A DNA stretch of 64,000 nucleotides from positions 1-64,000 of IMG/VR virus record IMGVR_UViG_3300044266_000210. One strand, given 5' to 3'. Position numbers and translations under genes: made by a program. This stretch comes from a virus (lineage: Duplodnaviria > Caudoviricetes). Position 1 is the stretch's first letter; each line of letters starts with the position of its first letter. Shown piece by piece: positions 19,401 to 30,097 of this stretch. A model generated the notes under the pieces. The model saw nothing but the letters and a program-made list of their open reading frames with translations, ran no database searches and was not told the DNA's origin.

Positions 19401-22400
19401 CTGCAAATATTAGAAAAAGTTGGACCTTTGGTGATGTTGGTCCTGCAGAATTAGCATGGCGTAGAAGTAGCTATTATCCTTTTGCTGTACAAAGATTATT
19501 AGCATTAACCAAACCGGCTGACTACTGTTCTAAATTATACGATCCTAGCAGGATGAAATATAATCTAGCAGGACAGTGGACCTACGGAGATACAGAAACA
19601 TTTTTAAAATTAAATGTTTTATCGATTTATAACGAGAAAAATAATCTAACTAGTGGGTACAGTGCCCTAGTTAGCGAAATTGGTCAGGCAAGAAATAAAA
19701 ATTACATTTCAGAACTAAGACAAGATTTAAGTTATGCCGACTACAGATTATTTGCAAAATTAAATGGGTACGCCGATAAAGATACTCTGCAAATCGTTAT
19801 TGATGCATACGAGCCTACAAGTACAGCACCGGGCTCTGTTTTGCCTCCGCAAAATTATCAACTTTGGTTTAATACAAGTAATCCTTTACAGAGTCTGGCA
19901 ATCTCTGGAATGATTGTCCAACGAGTAGAAGGTGGATATAGTGTTAGAGGGTACGATAAACAAGATGCATATTTTCCTATATTCCGTCCTCTAAGAAACA
20001 TAGGTACACAATCATTGACAGTTGGCGGAATCTCTGAAAAATATGTTGAGTGGCAAGCTGGCAGTACAGGTGGAGCCACGGGGCTAAGTTCTGCAGATAC
20101 CACCACAGCAAATTCTGCACCTACTGGAAATTTTTATTCTAAAGGGCAGTATGTTTTATACAGTGGAAATTTTTATAGAACAGTTGTAGCACATAGAGCC
20201 GGATCTGTATTTCAAACTGAGTATTTCCAACGAGTTCCTAAACTTCCGACTAAAGGCGGAGCTACAGTACAATTGCCTGTTACCTTTGATCAAACTGTGT
20301 CTAGAGTTCCCTACGGAACCTTTTACTCAAGTATTCAAGAAGTATATGACTTGATAGTAGGATACGGTCGCTGGTTAGAAAGTCAGGGATTTATTTTTGA
20401 TGAGTTCAACAGCGATCTTAATAGAGTACTTGACTGGAATTTAAGTGCTGATGAATTTTTATTCTGGTCAACACAGAACTGGTCAACCGGCAGTATTATA
20501 ACACTTAGCCCATTTGCAAACGGTATTAATTGTCAAACATCAAACACTATTGTAGATAATATTTTTGATAGTTTTTATGAATACAGTGTGTTAGGTGCCA
20601 ACGGACAACCGTATCCTAAAAATGATCTAAACATTTTAAGAGATAGCGGTGTTTGCCTAATTCAGACAAACCCTATAACTGACGGCATTTATTTTGCTAG
20701 ACTAAATTTAGTACAAAAAGATCATTCTATTGTCTTTGACAACGAAACTATATTCGGGGATGTAATATATAACGGAAAGACAGCCAGCAGACAACGACGA
20801 GTCAAGCTAGTAGGATTCCGCACAGCAGGATGGGACGGCGGCTTAACCAGCCCTGGCTTTGTCTATGATAAAGGTATCTATTCAGACTGGACTCCTAATA
20901 CTCCTTATACTATTGGTGATGTTGTGCGCTTTAGCCAAGGATACTACTCTGCAAATCAAAATATTGAGCGTGCAGAAACATTTGATTTTACAAAATGGGA
21001 TGCATTGCAGAAAAAACCAACACCTGCGCTACTGCCAAACTTTGATTATAAAATTGGTCAGTTTGAAGATTTTTATAGTTTAGATGTTGATAACTTTGAT
21101 GCAGGGCAACAAAAATTAGCACAGCACCTTACAGGATATACTCAGAGAGTATATTTGAATAATATATTCCCGGATCCTGTTGCTCAGTATAAATTTTATC
21201 AAGGATTTATTAGAGAGAAGGGTACAAAGAATGCAATTGAAAAATTTGCTAAGGTAAGTCAAACTACTAACCAAGGCGATATAAGTTACAATGAAGAATG
21301 GGCATTTAGAGTAGGACACTACGGATCTTTCAGAACATTGAAAGAAATTGAAACACCTTTAATTGAAGGCACCTTCTTAGAAAATCCACAGATAATTAGT
21401 TTTGTCAACGAGGTACCTGAGGCAACTGCTAACGATCTGATTCATTATGTTACACCTAATGCTCTAACCATTGTTCCTGATAATTTTAATCCAACATCTT
21501 TATTTTCTACAAACACATCAACAGATAGTCTGTTACTTCAACACAGCGGATATGTTCGTATTAATGATGTTACAGCTACAGCCTACAATGAAAATAGTCT
21601 ATTAGATATAGCAAATTCAGGTCAACTGAAAGATGGCGATACAATATGGCTTGGGTTTACAACCAACGGCGATTGGGAGATTTATAGATATACCTACATT
21701 CCTGCGGAGGTGCTTGGAGTATTTGTAAGCAATCCTTTAAGTAGTATCACCTTTACTACCAAGTATCCTCATACTTTATCTGTAGGGCAAATAGTTGGTA
21801 TCAACCAACTTAATAGTCAAGTTGACGGAATTTATAAAGTAATTGAAGTTATTAACGACAAACAATTTGCAGTCAGTAGCTCTTTGGCAAATATTACAAA
21901 TGCTCCACTACCTGTGCCTGGACAATTGTATGCTTTTAAATCTGTAAGAGTAAGTAACTTTGATTCTCTACCGTCCGACCAAACATTATTTGAAGACCGA
22001 CCTGGAACCAAGTATTGGATTGACAACGATAATGGCTGGGCAGTCTATGAAAAGACAGATAATTTTACTGGAACAAATTACCTAGATATAACAACAGGAA
22101 CACAACTAGGTACAGGAATTAGTAAACCAAAAGGTTCCTCTGTGTTAGTTGCCGGCGCCCCTAATAACTATAGACTCCAGTATGGCCTCGTTACCTTGTA
22201 CGAAAAACAACAAAACGGTCAGTATGCAGATCTAGTTCGTTGGAGAATTGGGCCTACATATAATACGGTACCAACTGGGTTTGGTAGCACAATAGTCTAC
22301 GACACACTTCCATTTACAGGTTCTCGTTACGGACTTGTATTTGTCGGAGCTCCGTTAGTTGGTGTAGTAAAAGTAAGTTCTGTTAACTCACAAGATCTTA

Positions 22401-25400
22401 TAGAAGGTAAACACGAGTATATCACAAACACTTCTGCAGGGTTTGGACGATTCATATTAGTAGAAAATAATAAGAAAACAAAACTTGTACTAATAGGTTC
22501 TGACAATGCAGTTTATTCTTATGTTGTCAGCGATAACGCAGGAGTAATTGGTATCACCGGAGGCGGAATGTTCACTTCTGGTACAGTATCTGGTATGACA
22601 AATACTGTGTTAAATGATATAATTGCGGTCGGGTTAACAAATAAAGTAGAGATCTACAATAAAACTTTATCGTTAACACAGACCATACAAGTGGATAATC
22701 AGAATGTTTTACTGAGCCCCGGAGGAGAATATCTAGTTGTAGGAAATCCTACAGCAACTAATCCTAACGGATCCTACGGACAGGTATATGTTTACAAAAA
22801 TGTAAACAATACATTTGTTCTTGATCAAACTATATATAATCCTGCTACAAAAGTAGGAATGAATTTTGGAACATCTATTGATATAACCACAGGTACAGAG
22901 TCCTTGGTGATATCTGCTACTGGTACAAACGGTACACTAGACACAACCTTTGATAAAAATCTAATGACACTTGATGGAAATATTACACGCATCAAGGGTA
23001 CTGAACTATACACAGGTGCAGTCTATGTGTATTATAAGCAATATCAAAGATTTGTATATACACAAGAGTTACACAACCCTTATGTTATAACTAATCCAGG
23101 CACTAATTTTGGAAAAACAGTTGCGACCGACGATGCAGAAATAGTAGTAGCAATGCCATCTAGCAGTAACCTAAGTCTTAACTCGGGATTTAGTGTTTTT
23201 GATAAAATTAATAAAGATACATATAGCTTGAAAAAGATCAGTAAACAAATTCCGTTTGTTGATACAGATCCTATTGGCAGAATATCTCTTATTGACACAA
23301 ATAAAGATCAGGTTATCGAGTACCTTGATGTGTATGATCCGTTGAAAGGAAGAATTCCCGGTATAGCAGAGCAAGAAATTAGCTATAAGCTAATGAACGA
23401 CCCTGCAATTTATACCATAGGTATGACTGGTGTTAATGTTGACACAAATAAAACCTGGCTTGACGAACACGTAGGAGAGCTATGGTGGGACCTAAGTACC
23501 GCAAAGTATCAATGGTATGAGCAAGGAGATCTTGAATACCGTAGAAATAATTGGGGTAAACTATTCCCGGGCGCCACAATCGATGTGTACGAATGGGTAG
23601 GAACAACATTATTACCAACCGAGTGGTTAGCTAAAGCAGATACAGTTGCAGGACTAGCAGATGGTATAAGTGGCCAACCAAAATACATTGATAACGGTGT
23701 AGTTGCTGTTAAACAGGTCTATGATCCTGTAACCAATAGTTTTACTAATGTCTATTATTACTGGGTCAAGAATAAAACAGTCAAGCCTAATGGAACCAAG
23801 AGAAAATTAAGTGCTTACGATGTAGCCAGTGTCATTGCAGATCCTAAAGCCTATGGACTTAAATTCGCCAGCATTATTAGTAGCGATACTATTATGTTAA
23901 GCAATGTCGGTGGTTTGCCTGTTGCTAATAATGTTAGTATTAACATAACTCAAGATGTAGCCACAGAATTTATACAGAGTCCTCGACATACTCAGTGGTA
24001 TATTCTTAATGAAGGCAGTGATGTTAAGATGCCCCCTGAGTATCTTGAAAATAAAATGATGGATAGCCTACTAGGACACGACAAATTAGGTAACCTAGTA
24101 CCTGATACTACTTTATCTGAGCGAACAAAATACGGTATAGGTATTCGCCCTCGCCAATCGATGTTTAAAGATAGGCACGCTGCACTACGAAATATCATTG
24201 AATTTGCAAATGATGTTTTAATTTCTACACCGATAACAGGTTATCATAGTTTTGTAAATTTAAATGCACAAGAAGAAATTCCTGATAAGTTTAGTAACAA
24301 ATATGATCACCTAGTTGAAGATACTGTTACCCTAGCATCTATTGATACTACAGGATACCAGCAGGCCATACTTAACTGTTCAATTGATAGCAACGGTGCA
24401 GTTGGCAATGTTATTATTGCACAGCCAGGCAGTGGATACGGAAAATTAAATCCTATCTATAGTTCTACGGGAACTGTTATGGGGTACGAAGGACCTACAT
24501 TTACTGTAGACGATGCTCTATATGCAACTACCTTTGATAATAATACAACTACCTTTGATGAGAATAGAACAAAGTTTATTACTAAAGACGAGCCAAACAC
24601 ATTTGCCGAAGGACTAACAATTTCCACAATGGTCGATGAAACCGGCAGTATTGTTCGTGCAACTATTGTAAATGCAGGTAAGAGATTTGGAGCAAACTTT
24701 AGATTAATCAGTCGCCCTCATACTGTTATTGTACAAAGCGATGATACCTACAATGGTAAGTGGACAAGATTTGAATGGGATTATGTGTTTAATCAATGGA
24801 ACAGAGCACATACCCAGGCATTCAATACAACCTTGTATTGGGATTATGTTGATTATGCAAGTGCTGATTATAACAAATACCAAATATATAGTGCAGTAGT
24901 TGGAAACCCCTATGATCTTCCTACACTTTCTTTAACAGAAGGACAGTATGTTAAGATTAATAACGGAGGCGATGGAAACTATATTGTTCTAAGACAAACT
25001 GCTCCCGGTGTATATGGTAGCTATGGTAACGGATTTGACTTGGTATACAAACAAAATGGAACAATTCAGTTTAACAAAGACTTATGGGAAATCAGAGATA
25101 ACCCATTGAACTGGGATTATATCAATACCTACGACCAAACTTTATGGGATCAAACTCCAGACACTGAACTTGTTTATATTTTTGCAGCTCTTAAGCACGA
25201 CTTGTTCACGTATGAACTAAAGTCCAACTGGAATAAACTATTTTTTAAAGCAGTTAGGTATGCATTAACAGAACAAAAGTTACTAGATTGGGCATTTAAG
25301 ACTTCTTTCATTACGCTAACCCATACTCTAGGTGAGCTAACACAACCGCCTGTATATAAGATGCAGGACAGCGGTTATTATGAGGATTATGTCAAAGAAG

Positions 25401-28195
25401 TTAAACCGTATCATACACAAATAAGACAGTTTATTAGCAAGTACACTGTTACAGAAACAGAAAATACACCATCTGGTCTATTCAATATTGCCAATACTGA
25501 CCTGACTGAATTTGATAGAACCTCAACAATAGGTCTCAAATTTGATAGAACCAGTTTTGACAACATGGTAGGAAGTTTTGAGGTTCTAGATACCTTTGTA
25601 GCCGACGGCGTAAGTAAATCCTATCCATTGAGTTGGGTTCCTGCGTTTGATAAAACAGGAATAACAATTAAAATAAATGGTATCATTGTGCCAAGTAGCC
25701 AATGGAGCGTTAATTATATAGAAAAATTATATAATGGATTCCATAAAAAGTTTGCCACACTAGAGATTTTTGGCGCCGAGGCTCTTACTAATGGTACTCT
25801 AATCACGGCTTCTTATAAGAAGAATGCTAACCAACTCAACGAAACAGAGCGTGTGTTGGCCTACTATACATCTACCTACGGTGTAGTTGGGCTTGATTTA
25901 ACGGCATTAGTTGATGGAATAGGTTATCCTGGCTTGACATTAGGAGGCCAGTACGAAGGTTCTGGATTTAATAATGCATTTGGAGGAGTGACACCCGATA
26001 GTTTAGTCACCGGCGGAACATGGATTAATGGTGAAAAGAATACTGCACTTGGAATCAACCCAGAAGATATAACAATTTCTGGCGAAGTTGGATTTGTAAA
26101 TACCTTCTCAGGACATGCTCCAAGTGAATTAGTTGAAGGGTTCATAATAGATAGTCTAGGTATAAATGTTTATACACTTGGCCATGCTGTACCTCCTTTA
26201 ATTATTAACGGGAATATCGCTACCTCAGTTTCGACTGAAGTTCAAAGCTATAGTCTTCCTAGCCTTCCTGCTTCTGTTGATAACATTAATGTGGTTCTAA
26301 ATAATCAAACTTTAGAATATACAACTTCTACCTTGGTATTAGGAGATAATAAGTTTGGAATTGATTGGACAAGCTCTTTATTGCTAATTCCTCCACAGTC
26401 TGTTACTGGACTTTTACACTATAGTTTAATTACAGTAGGCGGCGGTACTCAAGATGTTGGAACAATAGATAAACAAACAGCTATTGCTAATAATTCCACA
26501 GCAACAATTGTAAGTATTTTATCTGCAGGATTAGTACAAGATACATTTATTACAGTTAATGGGTTTAGGACAACTGATATTTCATTAATTACTCAAGACG
26601 GAAATGCTGCTGTAGTTGTTAACGGACTTGATCCTCTACAATCAAATGTAATTCAAGTATGGTTCTTTACAGAGTCACATGATAATTTCAATCAAATAGT
26701 TGATCAAACAAGCACCGAATCGTCCTTTGTATTAACTTCTACAGGAACACATATTGTAGAACTTATACATAATGGAACTACAGAGAAGTTAACATCATCG
26801 CAATATACCATTGTTGGAAATCTTTTAACTCTAAATAATGGATTAATGACAACAGGCGACACTGTTAAGGTTACATCCTTTATTGATAATACAGGTACAA
26901 TGGGTCCTGTAGTTGAGGAGTTTGTAGGAGACCCTGGCAGAAGATTTGTAATGAGTTCCCCGCCAGTTAGCAACTATTATATCTGGATTTCTTTAGTAAG
27001 ACAAGACGGAACAACTAAATCTTTAATCAGCGGCGTAGATTTTGTTGTGTTAGAAGATAATATGACCATTGAAATTAGTGATAACTGGAACATCACTAAT
27101 TTAGATACAGTACAAGTAATGAGTTTCAAGGTTCCTTTATATAAAGGTAATGTATTAGGCTATAGAATGTTTAAAGATATGCTAGGCGGCACATCATTTA
27201 CAAGATATAGTCTACAAAACACAACATATCTAACACAACCGTTGAATTCTACTGACACAGAAATACACGTTGCCGATGCAACTGTATTGACAGTTCCGTT
27301 AGTAGATGAAAATATTCCGGGAGTTATATTAATAAATTCTGAAAGAATTGAATTCTATCAAGTTGACGGAAATATATTAAAACAAATTACTAGGGGAACA
27401 TTAGGAACGGGCGTAAATTCAACATTAGATTACGGAACTCAAGTATTTGATCAAGGATCTTTACAACAGTTTTCTACAAGTGATGTAACGGATATTCAAT
27501 ATCATTATACATCATCGTCTACCGATTATTATGTCATAGGGACATCTGATGTCACTGTCACTATTCCAAATACAACTAACACAATAATTTCTAAAGGGAT
27601 TACCCTAGATACAAATATTATATTAAACAATCAAGTTGATGTATATCTTGGTGGACATCTTCTTAGAAAAGATAGTCTATACCAGCACAATACAGAAATT
27701 CAACTTGATAGTATATCTACAAGTACTATTGTTGGAACTGTTCAACATTTTGTTGACCTATTAAATGTTAATGCATTGCCAGGCGATAGCTACACCGATA
27801 CCAGCACTGGAAAAGTTTGGACATTCACTAGTACAAGAAGCGATGATATTAATGTGCCTGGATGGGTATATTCGGGCATGACTTTAACAGCACCGGATTA
27901 TACTGTATTTGTCGATGGTGCAGTACAAAAAATTCAGTTAAATAATGCTGTACAAGATGGATTAGAGCTAGCATTAGTTAAAAAGCACGGTATTACTAGC
28001 GATTTTAACGATGTATTAACAACTGCAACAACTCAAAGATTGTGGAATAGTACATCAACTATAGCTCTGTTCTTAAAAGATAGTCCTACAGAATTACCAA
28101 AAGTTATTTTTACATCTGCAGATGGTATTTTAAGGGATGAGCAAGCAAGACCATTAACAAATGAACACGATGAAGTTTTAACAGGAAAATCGTAA
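16403..28195 (+). CDS. Giant virion structural protein (3930 aa, baseplate-associated)
   Basis: Follows gp6; N-terminal NLLPEYF; CBM-like W/Y-rich modules, FG-GAP-like propeller repeats and beta-rich repeats. Confidence 0.7.
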   Translation: MANKKVSAVNLLPEYFKTLKNTKFLSSTVDKLIQKPELESIDGYIGSQSTPTYKSSDVYISNGNPYQLDPALIFYDNLQNIQGTQGYDDFINEVAAKGGYTNNLDRLLRSKFYSYNAHIDWDKLVNYQNYFWMPYGAETLEVPTWNLDINNDIVGLSQATVEVLLPDGTTEVVDLSNGMMLSFGGQEIDEYYHNKEFFVEGVGSSIKLVPFDKLIISETFLSPYPDGFDSNNYDTLPYDNDRELPNLKPEYVTINRASKDLNPWSRYNRWVHKDVVRQSAMLNGLEPNLSVGRAQRPIIEFKPDIKLYNFGSAGIVPVDFMDTKTLDPFNTVEGSTSPVHVDGVLLENGHRIIFNAADLAGIRGKVYEVVYIIQNGVPTLTLEPTYEPVEQDSITVLLGNDNNGTEWWYNGDVWVYAQQRESLNQAPLFDLFDQTGLSYGDKNHYLSDFTGNKIFSYAVGNGTVDPYLGFAISYKTVNLIGSILFDNNLCSDSIVISELSKPTYIISANSAYIKINNEYKNAWVRSQEYEIPVLASTATGILSYYEEPLGLTNNPLNGVTTQFTISELTEHVSSMIDRTPPLSNFVPLRDRADYTNLGTRLISNDNPISFAQVFLGKKEHDLIRAFEQSADNYGNFKLAFQNKLLYISDQISPIDAVDQILTELNQDKVYENSYYISDMAGYGVPESSRSWTVSRSTINSPSFPLANDFDLNVLSNRAVYVYKNNEQLIHGTDYLFNTDTTTVDILTPLSVGDVIVIKDYQDTTANYIPLTPSKLGLYPKFAPAIFTDNSYVTPQTVIQGHDGSIMIAYGDFRDAVVLELEKRIYNNIKSNYNTSLFDINLVHPGAFRTIDYSLEEVNDIIEGDFVRWASKFGIDYITNDTFDAENSKTWNFYQTNISSVDINFSGSLRGLLLYLYGTDKPHLAPWEMLGIYDKPDWWESTYGPAPYTNGNLILWTDIAEGKVNGVINDLYSRPGLLNIIPTDENGDLIDPNTLVTDTTPANIRKSWTFGDVGPAELAWRRSSYYPFAVQRLLALTKPADYCSKLYDPSRMKYNLAGQWTYGDTETFLKLNVLSIYNEKNNLTSGYSALVSEIGQARNKNYISELRQDLSYADYRLFAKLNGYADKDTLQIVIDAYEPTSTAPGSVLPPQNYQLWFNTSNPLQSLAISGMIVQRVEGGYSVRGYDKQDAYFPIFRPLRNIGTQSLTVGGISEKYVEWQAGSTGGATGLSSADTTTANSAPTGNFYSKGQYVLYSGNFYRTVVAHRAGSVFQTEYFQRVPKLPTKGGATVQLPVTFDQTVSRVPYGTFYSSIQEVYDLIVGYGRWLESQGFIFDEFNSDLNRVLDWNLSADEFLFWSTQNWSTGSIITLSPFANGINCQTSNTIVDNIFDSFYEYSVLGANGQPYPKNDLNILRDSGVCLIQTNPITDGIYFARLNLVQKDHSIVFDNETIFGDVIYNGKTASRQRRVKLVGFRTAGWDGGLTSPGFVYDKGIYSDWTPNTPYTIGDVVRFSQGYYSANQNIERAETFDFTKWDALQKKPTPALLPNFDYKIGQFEDFYSLDVDNFDAGQQKLAQHLTGYTQRVYLNNIFPDPVAQYKFYQGFIREKGTKNAIEKFAKVSQTTNQGDISYNEEWAFRVGHYGSFRTLKEIETPLIEGTFLENPQIISFVNEVPEATANDLIHYVTPNALTIVPDNFNPTSLFSTNTSTDSLLLQHSGYVRINDVTATAYNENSLLDIANSGQLKDGDTIWLGFTTNGDWEIYRYTYIPAEVLGVFVSNPLSSITFTTKYPHTLSVGQIVGINQLNSQVDGIYKVIEVINDKQFAVSSSLANITNAPLPVPGQLYAFKSVRVSNFDSLPSDQTLFEDRPGTKYWIDNDNGWAVYEKTDNFTGTNYLDITTGTQLGTGISKPKGSSVLVAGAPNNYRLQYGLVTLYEKQQNGQYADLVRWRIGPTYNTVPTGFGSTIVYDTLPFTGSRYGLVFVGAPLVGVVKVSSVNSQDLIEGKHEYITNTSAGFGRFILVENNKKTKLVLIGSDNAVYSYVVSDNAGVIGITGGGMFTSGTVSGMTNTVLNDIIAVGLTNKVEIYNKTLSLTQTIQVDNQNVLLSPGGEYLVVGNPTATNPNGSYGQVYVYKNVNNTFVLDQTIYNPATKVGMNFGTSIDITTGTESLVISATGTNGTLDTTFDKNLMTLDGNITRIKGTELYTGAVYVYYKQYQRFVYTQELHNPYVITNPGTNFGKTVATDDAEIVVAMPSSSNLSLNSGFSVFDKINKDTYSLKKISKQIPFVDTDPIGRISLIDTNKDQVIEYLDVYDPLKGRIPGIAEQEISYKLMNDPAIYTIGMTGVNVDTNKTWLDEHVGELWWDLSTAKYQWYEQGDLEYRRNNWGKLFPGATIDVYEWVGTTLLPTEWLAKADTVAGLADGISGQPKYIDNGVVAVKQVYDPVTNSFTNVYYYWVKNKTVKPNGTKRKLSAYDVASVIADPKAYGLKFASIISSDTIMLSNVGGLPVANNVSINITQDVATEFIQSPRHTQWYILNEGSDVKMPPEYLENKMMDSLLGHDKLGNLVPDTTLSERTKYGIGIRPRQSMFKDRHAALRNIIEFANDVLISTPITGYHSFVNLNAQEEIPDKFSNKYDHLVEDTVTLASIDTTGYQQAILNCSIDSNGAVGNVIIAQPGSGYGKLNPIYSSTGTVMGYEGPTFTVDDALYATTFDNNTTTFDENRTKFITKDEPNTFAEGLTISTMVDETGSIVRATIVNAGKRFGANFRLISRPHTVIVQSDDTYNGKWTRFEWDYVFNQWNRAHTQAFNTTLYWDYVDYASADYNKYQIYSAVVGNPYDLPTLSLTEGQYVKINNGGDGNYIVLRQTAPGVYGSYGNGFDLVYKQNGTIQFNKDLWEIRDNPLNWDYINTYDQTLWDQTPDTELVYIFAALKHDLFTYELKSNWNKLFFKAVRYALTEQKLLDWAFKTSFITLTHTLGELTQPPVYKMQDSGYYEDYVKEVKPYHTQIRQFISKYTVTETENTPSGLFNIANTDLTEFDRTSTIGLKFDRTSFDNMVGSFEVLDTFVADGVSKSYPLSWVPAFDKTGITIKINGIIVPSSQWSVNYIEKLYNGFHKKFATLEIFGAEALTNGTLITASYKKNANQLNETERVLAYYTSTYGVVGLDLTALVDGIGYPGLTLGGQYEGSGFNNAFGGVTPDSLVTGGTWINGEKNTALGINPEDITISGEVGFVNTFSGHAPSELVEGFIIDSLGINVYTLGHAVPPLIINGNIATSVSTEVQSYSLPSLPASVDNINVVLNNQTLEYTTSTLVLGDNKFGIDWTSSLLLIPPQSVTGLLHYSLITVGGGTQDVGTIDKQTAIANNSTATIVSILSAGLVQDTFITVNGFRTTDISLITQDGNAAVVVNGLDPLQSNVIQVWFFTESHDNFNQIVDQTSTESSFVLTSTGTHIVELIHNGTTEKLTSSQYTIVGNLLTLNNGLMTTGDTVKVTSFIDNTGTMGPVVEEFVGDPGRRFVMSSPPVSNYYIWISLVRQDGTTKSLISGVDFVVLEDNMTIEISDNWNITNLDTVQVMSFKVPLYKGNVLGYRMFKDMLGGTSFTRYSLQNTTYLTQPLNSTDTEIHVADATVLTVPLVDENIPGVILINSERIEFYQVDGNILKQITRGTLGTGVNSTLDYGTQVFDQGSLQQFSTSDVTDIQYHYTSSSTDYYVIGTSDVTVTIPNTTNTIISKGITLDTNIILNNQVDVYLGGHLLRKDSLYQHNTEIQLDSISTSTIVGTVQHFVDLLNVNALPGDSYTDTSTGKVWTFTSTRSDDINVPGWVYSGMTLTAPDYTVFVDGAVQKIQLNNAVQDGLELALVKKHGITSDFNDVLTTATTQRLWNSTSTIALFLKDSPTELPKVIFTSADGILRDEQARPLTNEHDEVLTGKS

Positions 28196-28196
28196 A

Positions 28197-29438
28197 ATGC
28201 CAAATGTAAATTTATTACCTACAATTAATACAGCAACTGATAATAATTCATATTTTGTTGTATCTGATAACGGGCTAGTCCGTCGTTTTAAGTTTGAAAA
28301 TCTGTTAAATCAAGTACAGAAGACAATTCCTGATGCTAATAGAACTGATCAAAATTTATTCACAAATACAGATGTTACTTTTAGAAGTGTTACAATAAAT
28401 GATGTTGCTCAAAGACTTGCCGGAACAACTGATCCTGCACACGGATTCCAAATTGAATGTTTTAGTCCTAATGGACCTGCGTTAAAAACAAACGATATTC
28501 TGGGAGCGATACGATTTGGCGGATACGATGGCAACCAATTTGTTATCAAAGATGGACTAGTTTCGTCTGCTGGTATCAATGCTGTTGCTGCACAAGATTG
28601 GTCAAACAACGGAACTACAAATACATCGGCTGCGTCTGTATTACAACTTTATTATCAACCTGTAAACACTAGATTAGAAAGACAAAGCAGGGTTACTGCT
28701 ATGTTTGTTTCAAGCACACAGACTAACTATTCATTACCGCCTACTTCAATAATTAGAATAGGAGCAGTACCGACTAGTGCTAATCTTGTAACAACTTCGT
28801 CAGATGGAAATACTAGTTATCAAGGACTAGGAAGAGCAGATGTTTCTTTTTTAAATTCACGAGTTCAAATTATTGGACATCCTGGTGAAGATACAGGTGC
28901 TCCTAACGCTACTCTAACAGGAACAAATGCGTTAACATTCTCATCTAGCCGGGGCAATATTTTTGCAGGTAACAGACAAGCATTACAAATTGACGATAGT
29001 CTTGGAGTAATTCAATTTAATGGAGTTACTCAAACTTCTCCCGGTCCTGACATCGGACGCCCTGCTATAATTATTCGAGCACACACTACTTGTAATTTTA
29101 CAAATCAACAACAAGGTGCAGGACTTCATGTAAGAATGATGTCTAGCTCGACAAACAAAATGGTACTGGCATTAGACCTTCAGCCAGAAGGAAGTCACTA
29201 CCATAGTGCATATCATGAATTTACTGACATGGACGGAAACAACAGTATCACTATGTCTGGCAATACTATTGTTTTTAGCGATCAGTCTATTCAATCTACT
29301 GCCTATCAAGGGTTTGTTTCTGTACCGACAAGTTCAAGTTCTCAAGGAAATCAAGGACAAATGGCCTATGACAGCAATTATTTTTATGTTTGTGTAGCAC
29401 AAAACCACTGGAAGCGTATTGCAGCCTCGGATTTTTAA
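28197..29438 (+). CDS. Tail fibre-like structural protein
   Basis: Beta-rich; C-terminal PTSSSSQGNQGQMAYDSNYFYVCVAQNHWKRI motif common in phage fibres. Confidence 0.6.
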   Translation: MPNVNLLPTINTATDNNSYFVVSDNGLVRRFKFENLLNQVQKTIPDANRTDQNLFTNTDVTFRSVTINDVAQRLAGTTDPAHGFQIECFSPNGPALKTNDILGAIRFGGYDGNQFVIKDGLVSSAGINAVAAQDWSNNGTTNTSAASVLQLYYQPVNTRLERQSRVTAMFVSSTQTNYSLPPTSIIRIGAVPTSANLVTTSSDGNTSYQGLGRADVSFLNSRVQIIGHPGEDTGAPNATLTGTNALTFSSSRGNIFAGNRQALQIDDSLGVIQFNGVTQTSPGPDIGRPAIIIRAHTTCNFTNQQQGAGLHVRMMSSSTNKMVLALDLQPEGSHYHSAYHEFTDMDGNNSITMSGNTIVFSDQSIQSTAYQGFVSVPTSSSSQGNQGQMAYDSNYFYVCVAQNHWKRIAASDF

Positions 29439-29469
29439 CAGCATAAATAGCATATTGGAATATAACAAA

Positions 29470-30087
29470 ATGACAGATAATTCTACTAATCATAAGGATA
29501 CAGGCGCTTTCACAGTAAAAGGGCATATTAAGATCTATGATCCGGAAACTGGTGAAGTTTACCGCGATCAACCAAATGCTATTCACTACGAAAATTTTAG
29601 TGTTGCTCTAGCTGCCAGTACAAGCAATCAAGGACATAGCTTTATTTCTGAAATGTGCTTTGGTAATGGAGGAACTCGTATTGATGATACCGGAATTATT
29701 ACTTACCTAACACCCAATGTAGTAGACGGAAGTGCAAGTTTGTATAACCAAACATACATAAAAGGGGTTGATGCTAATCAACCGGGTGCGCTCAATCCTA
29801 CACGCAACTACATGGAGATTCGACATGTAGCCGGATCTTATTATACAGACATTGTGGTTAGTTGTTTATTAGACCTAGGAGAACCTGCAGGACAAGATGC
29901 ATTTGATACTGCGGCTAATACCAAAGGTAGTTATGTATTTGATGAAATTGGTCTGCGCGGTTATAGCCCAGACGGTCCTGGACAAGGATTATTATTAACT
30001 CATGTTATTTTTCACCCTGTTCAAAAGAGTTTGAACAGACTAATTCAAATTGATTATACTGTACGAGTACAGAGTTTGACTGCCTAA
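29470..30087 (+). CDS. Virion structural protein
   Basis: KGHIKIYD..NAIHYEN, FDEIGL, FHPVQKSLNRLIQIDYT; ATG 29470 lies downstream of ATAAATA at 29443-29449. Confidence 0.65.
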   Translation: MTDNSTNHKDTGAFTVKGHIKIYDPETGEVYRDQPNAIHYENFSVALAASTSNQGHSFISEMCFGNGGTRIDDTGIITYLTPNVVDGSASLYNQTYIKGVDANQPGALNPTRNYMEIRHVAGSYYTDIVVSCLLDLGEPAGQDAFDTAANTKGSYVFDEIGLRGYSPDGPGQGLLLTHVIFHPVQKSLNRLIQIDYTVRVQSLTA

Positions 30088-30097
30088 GGAGTAACAG

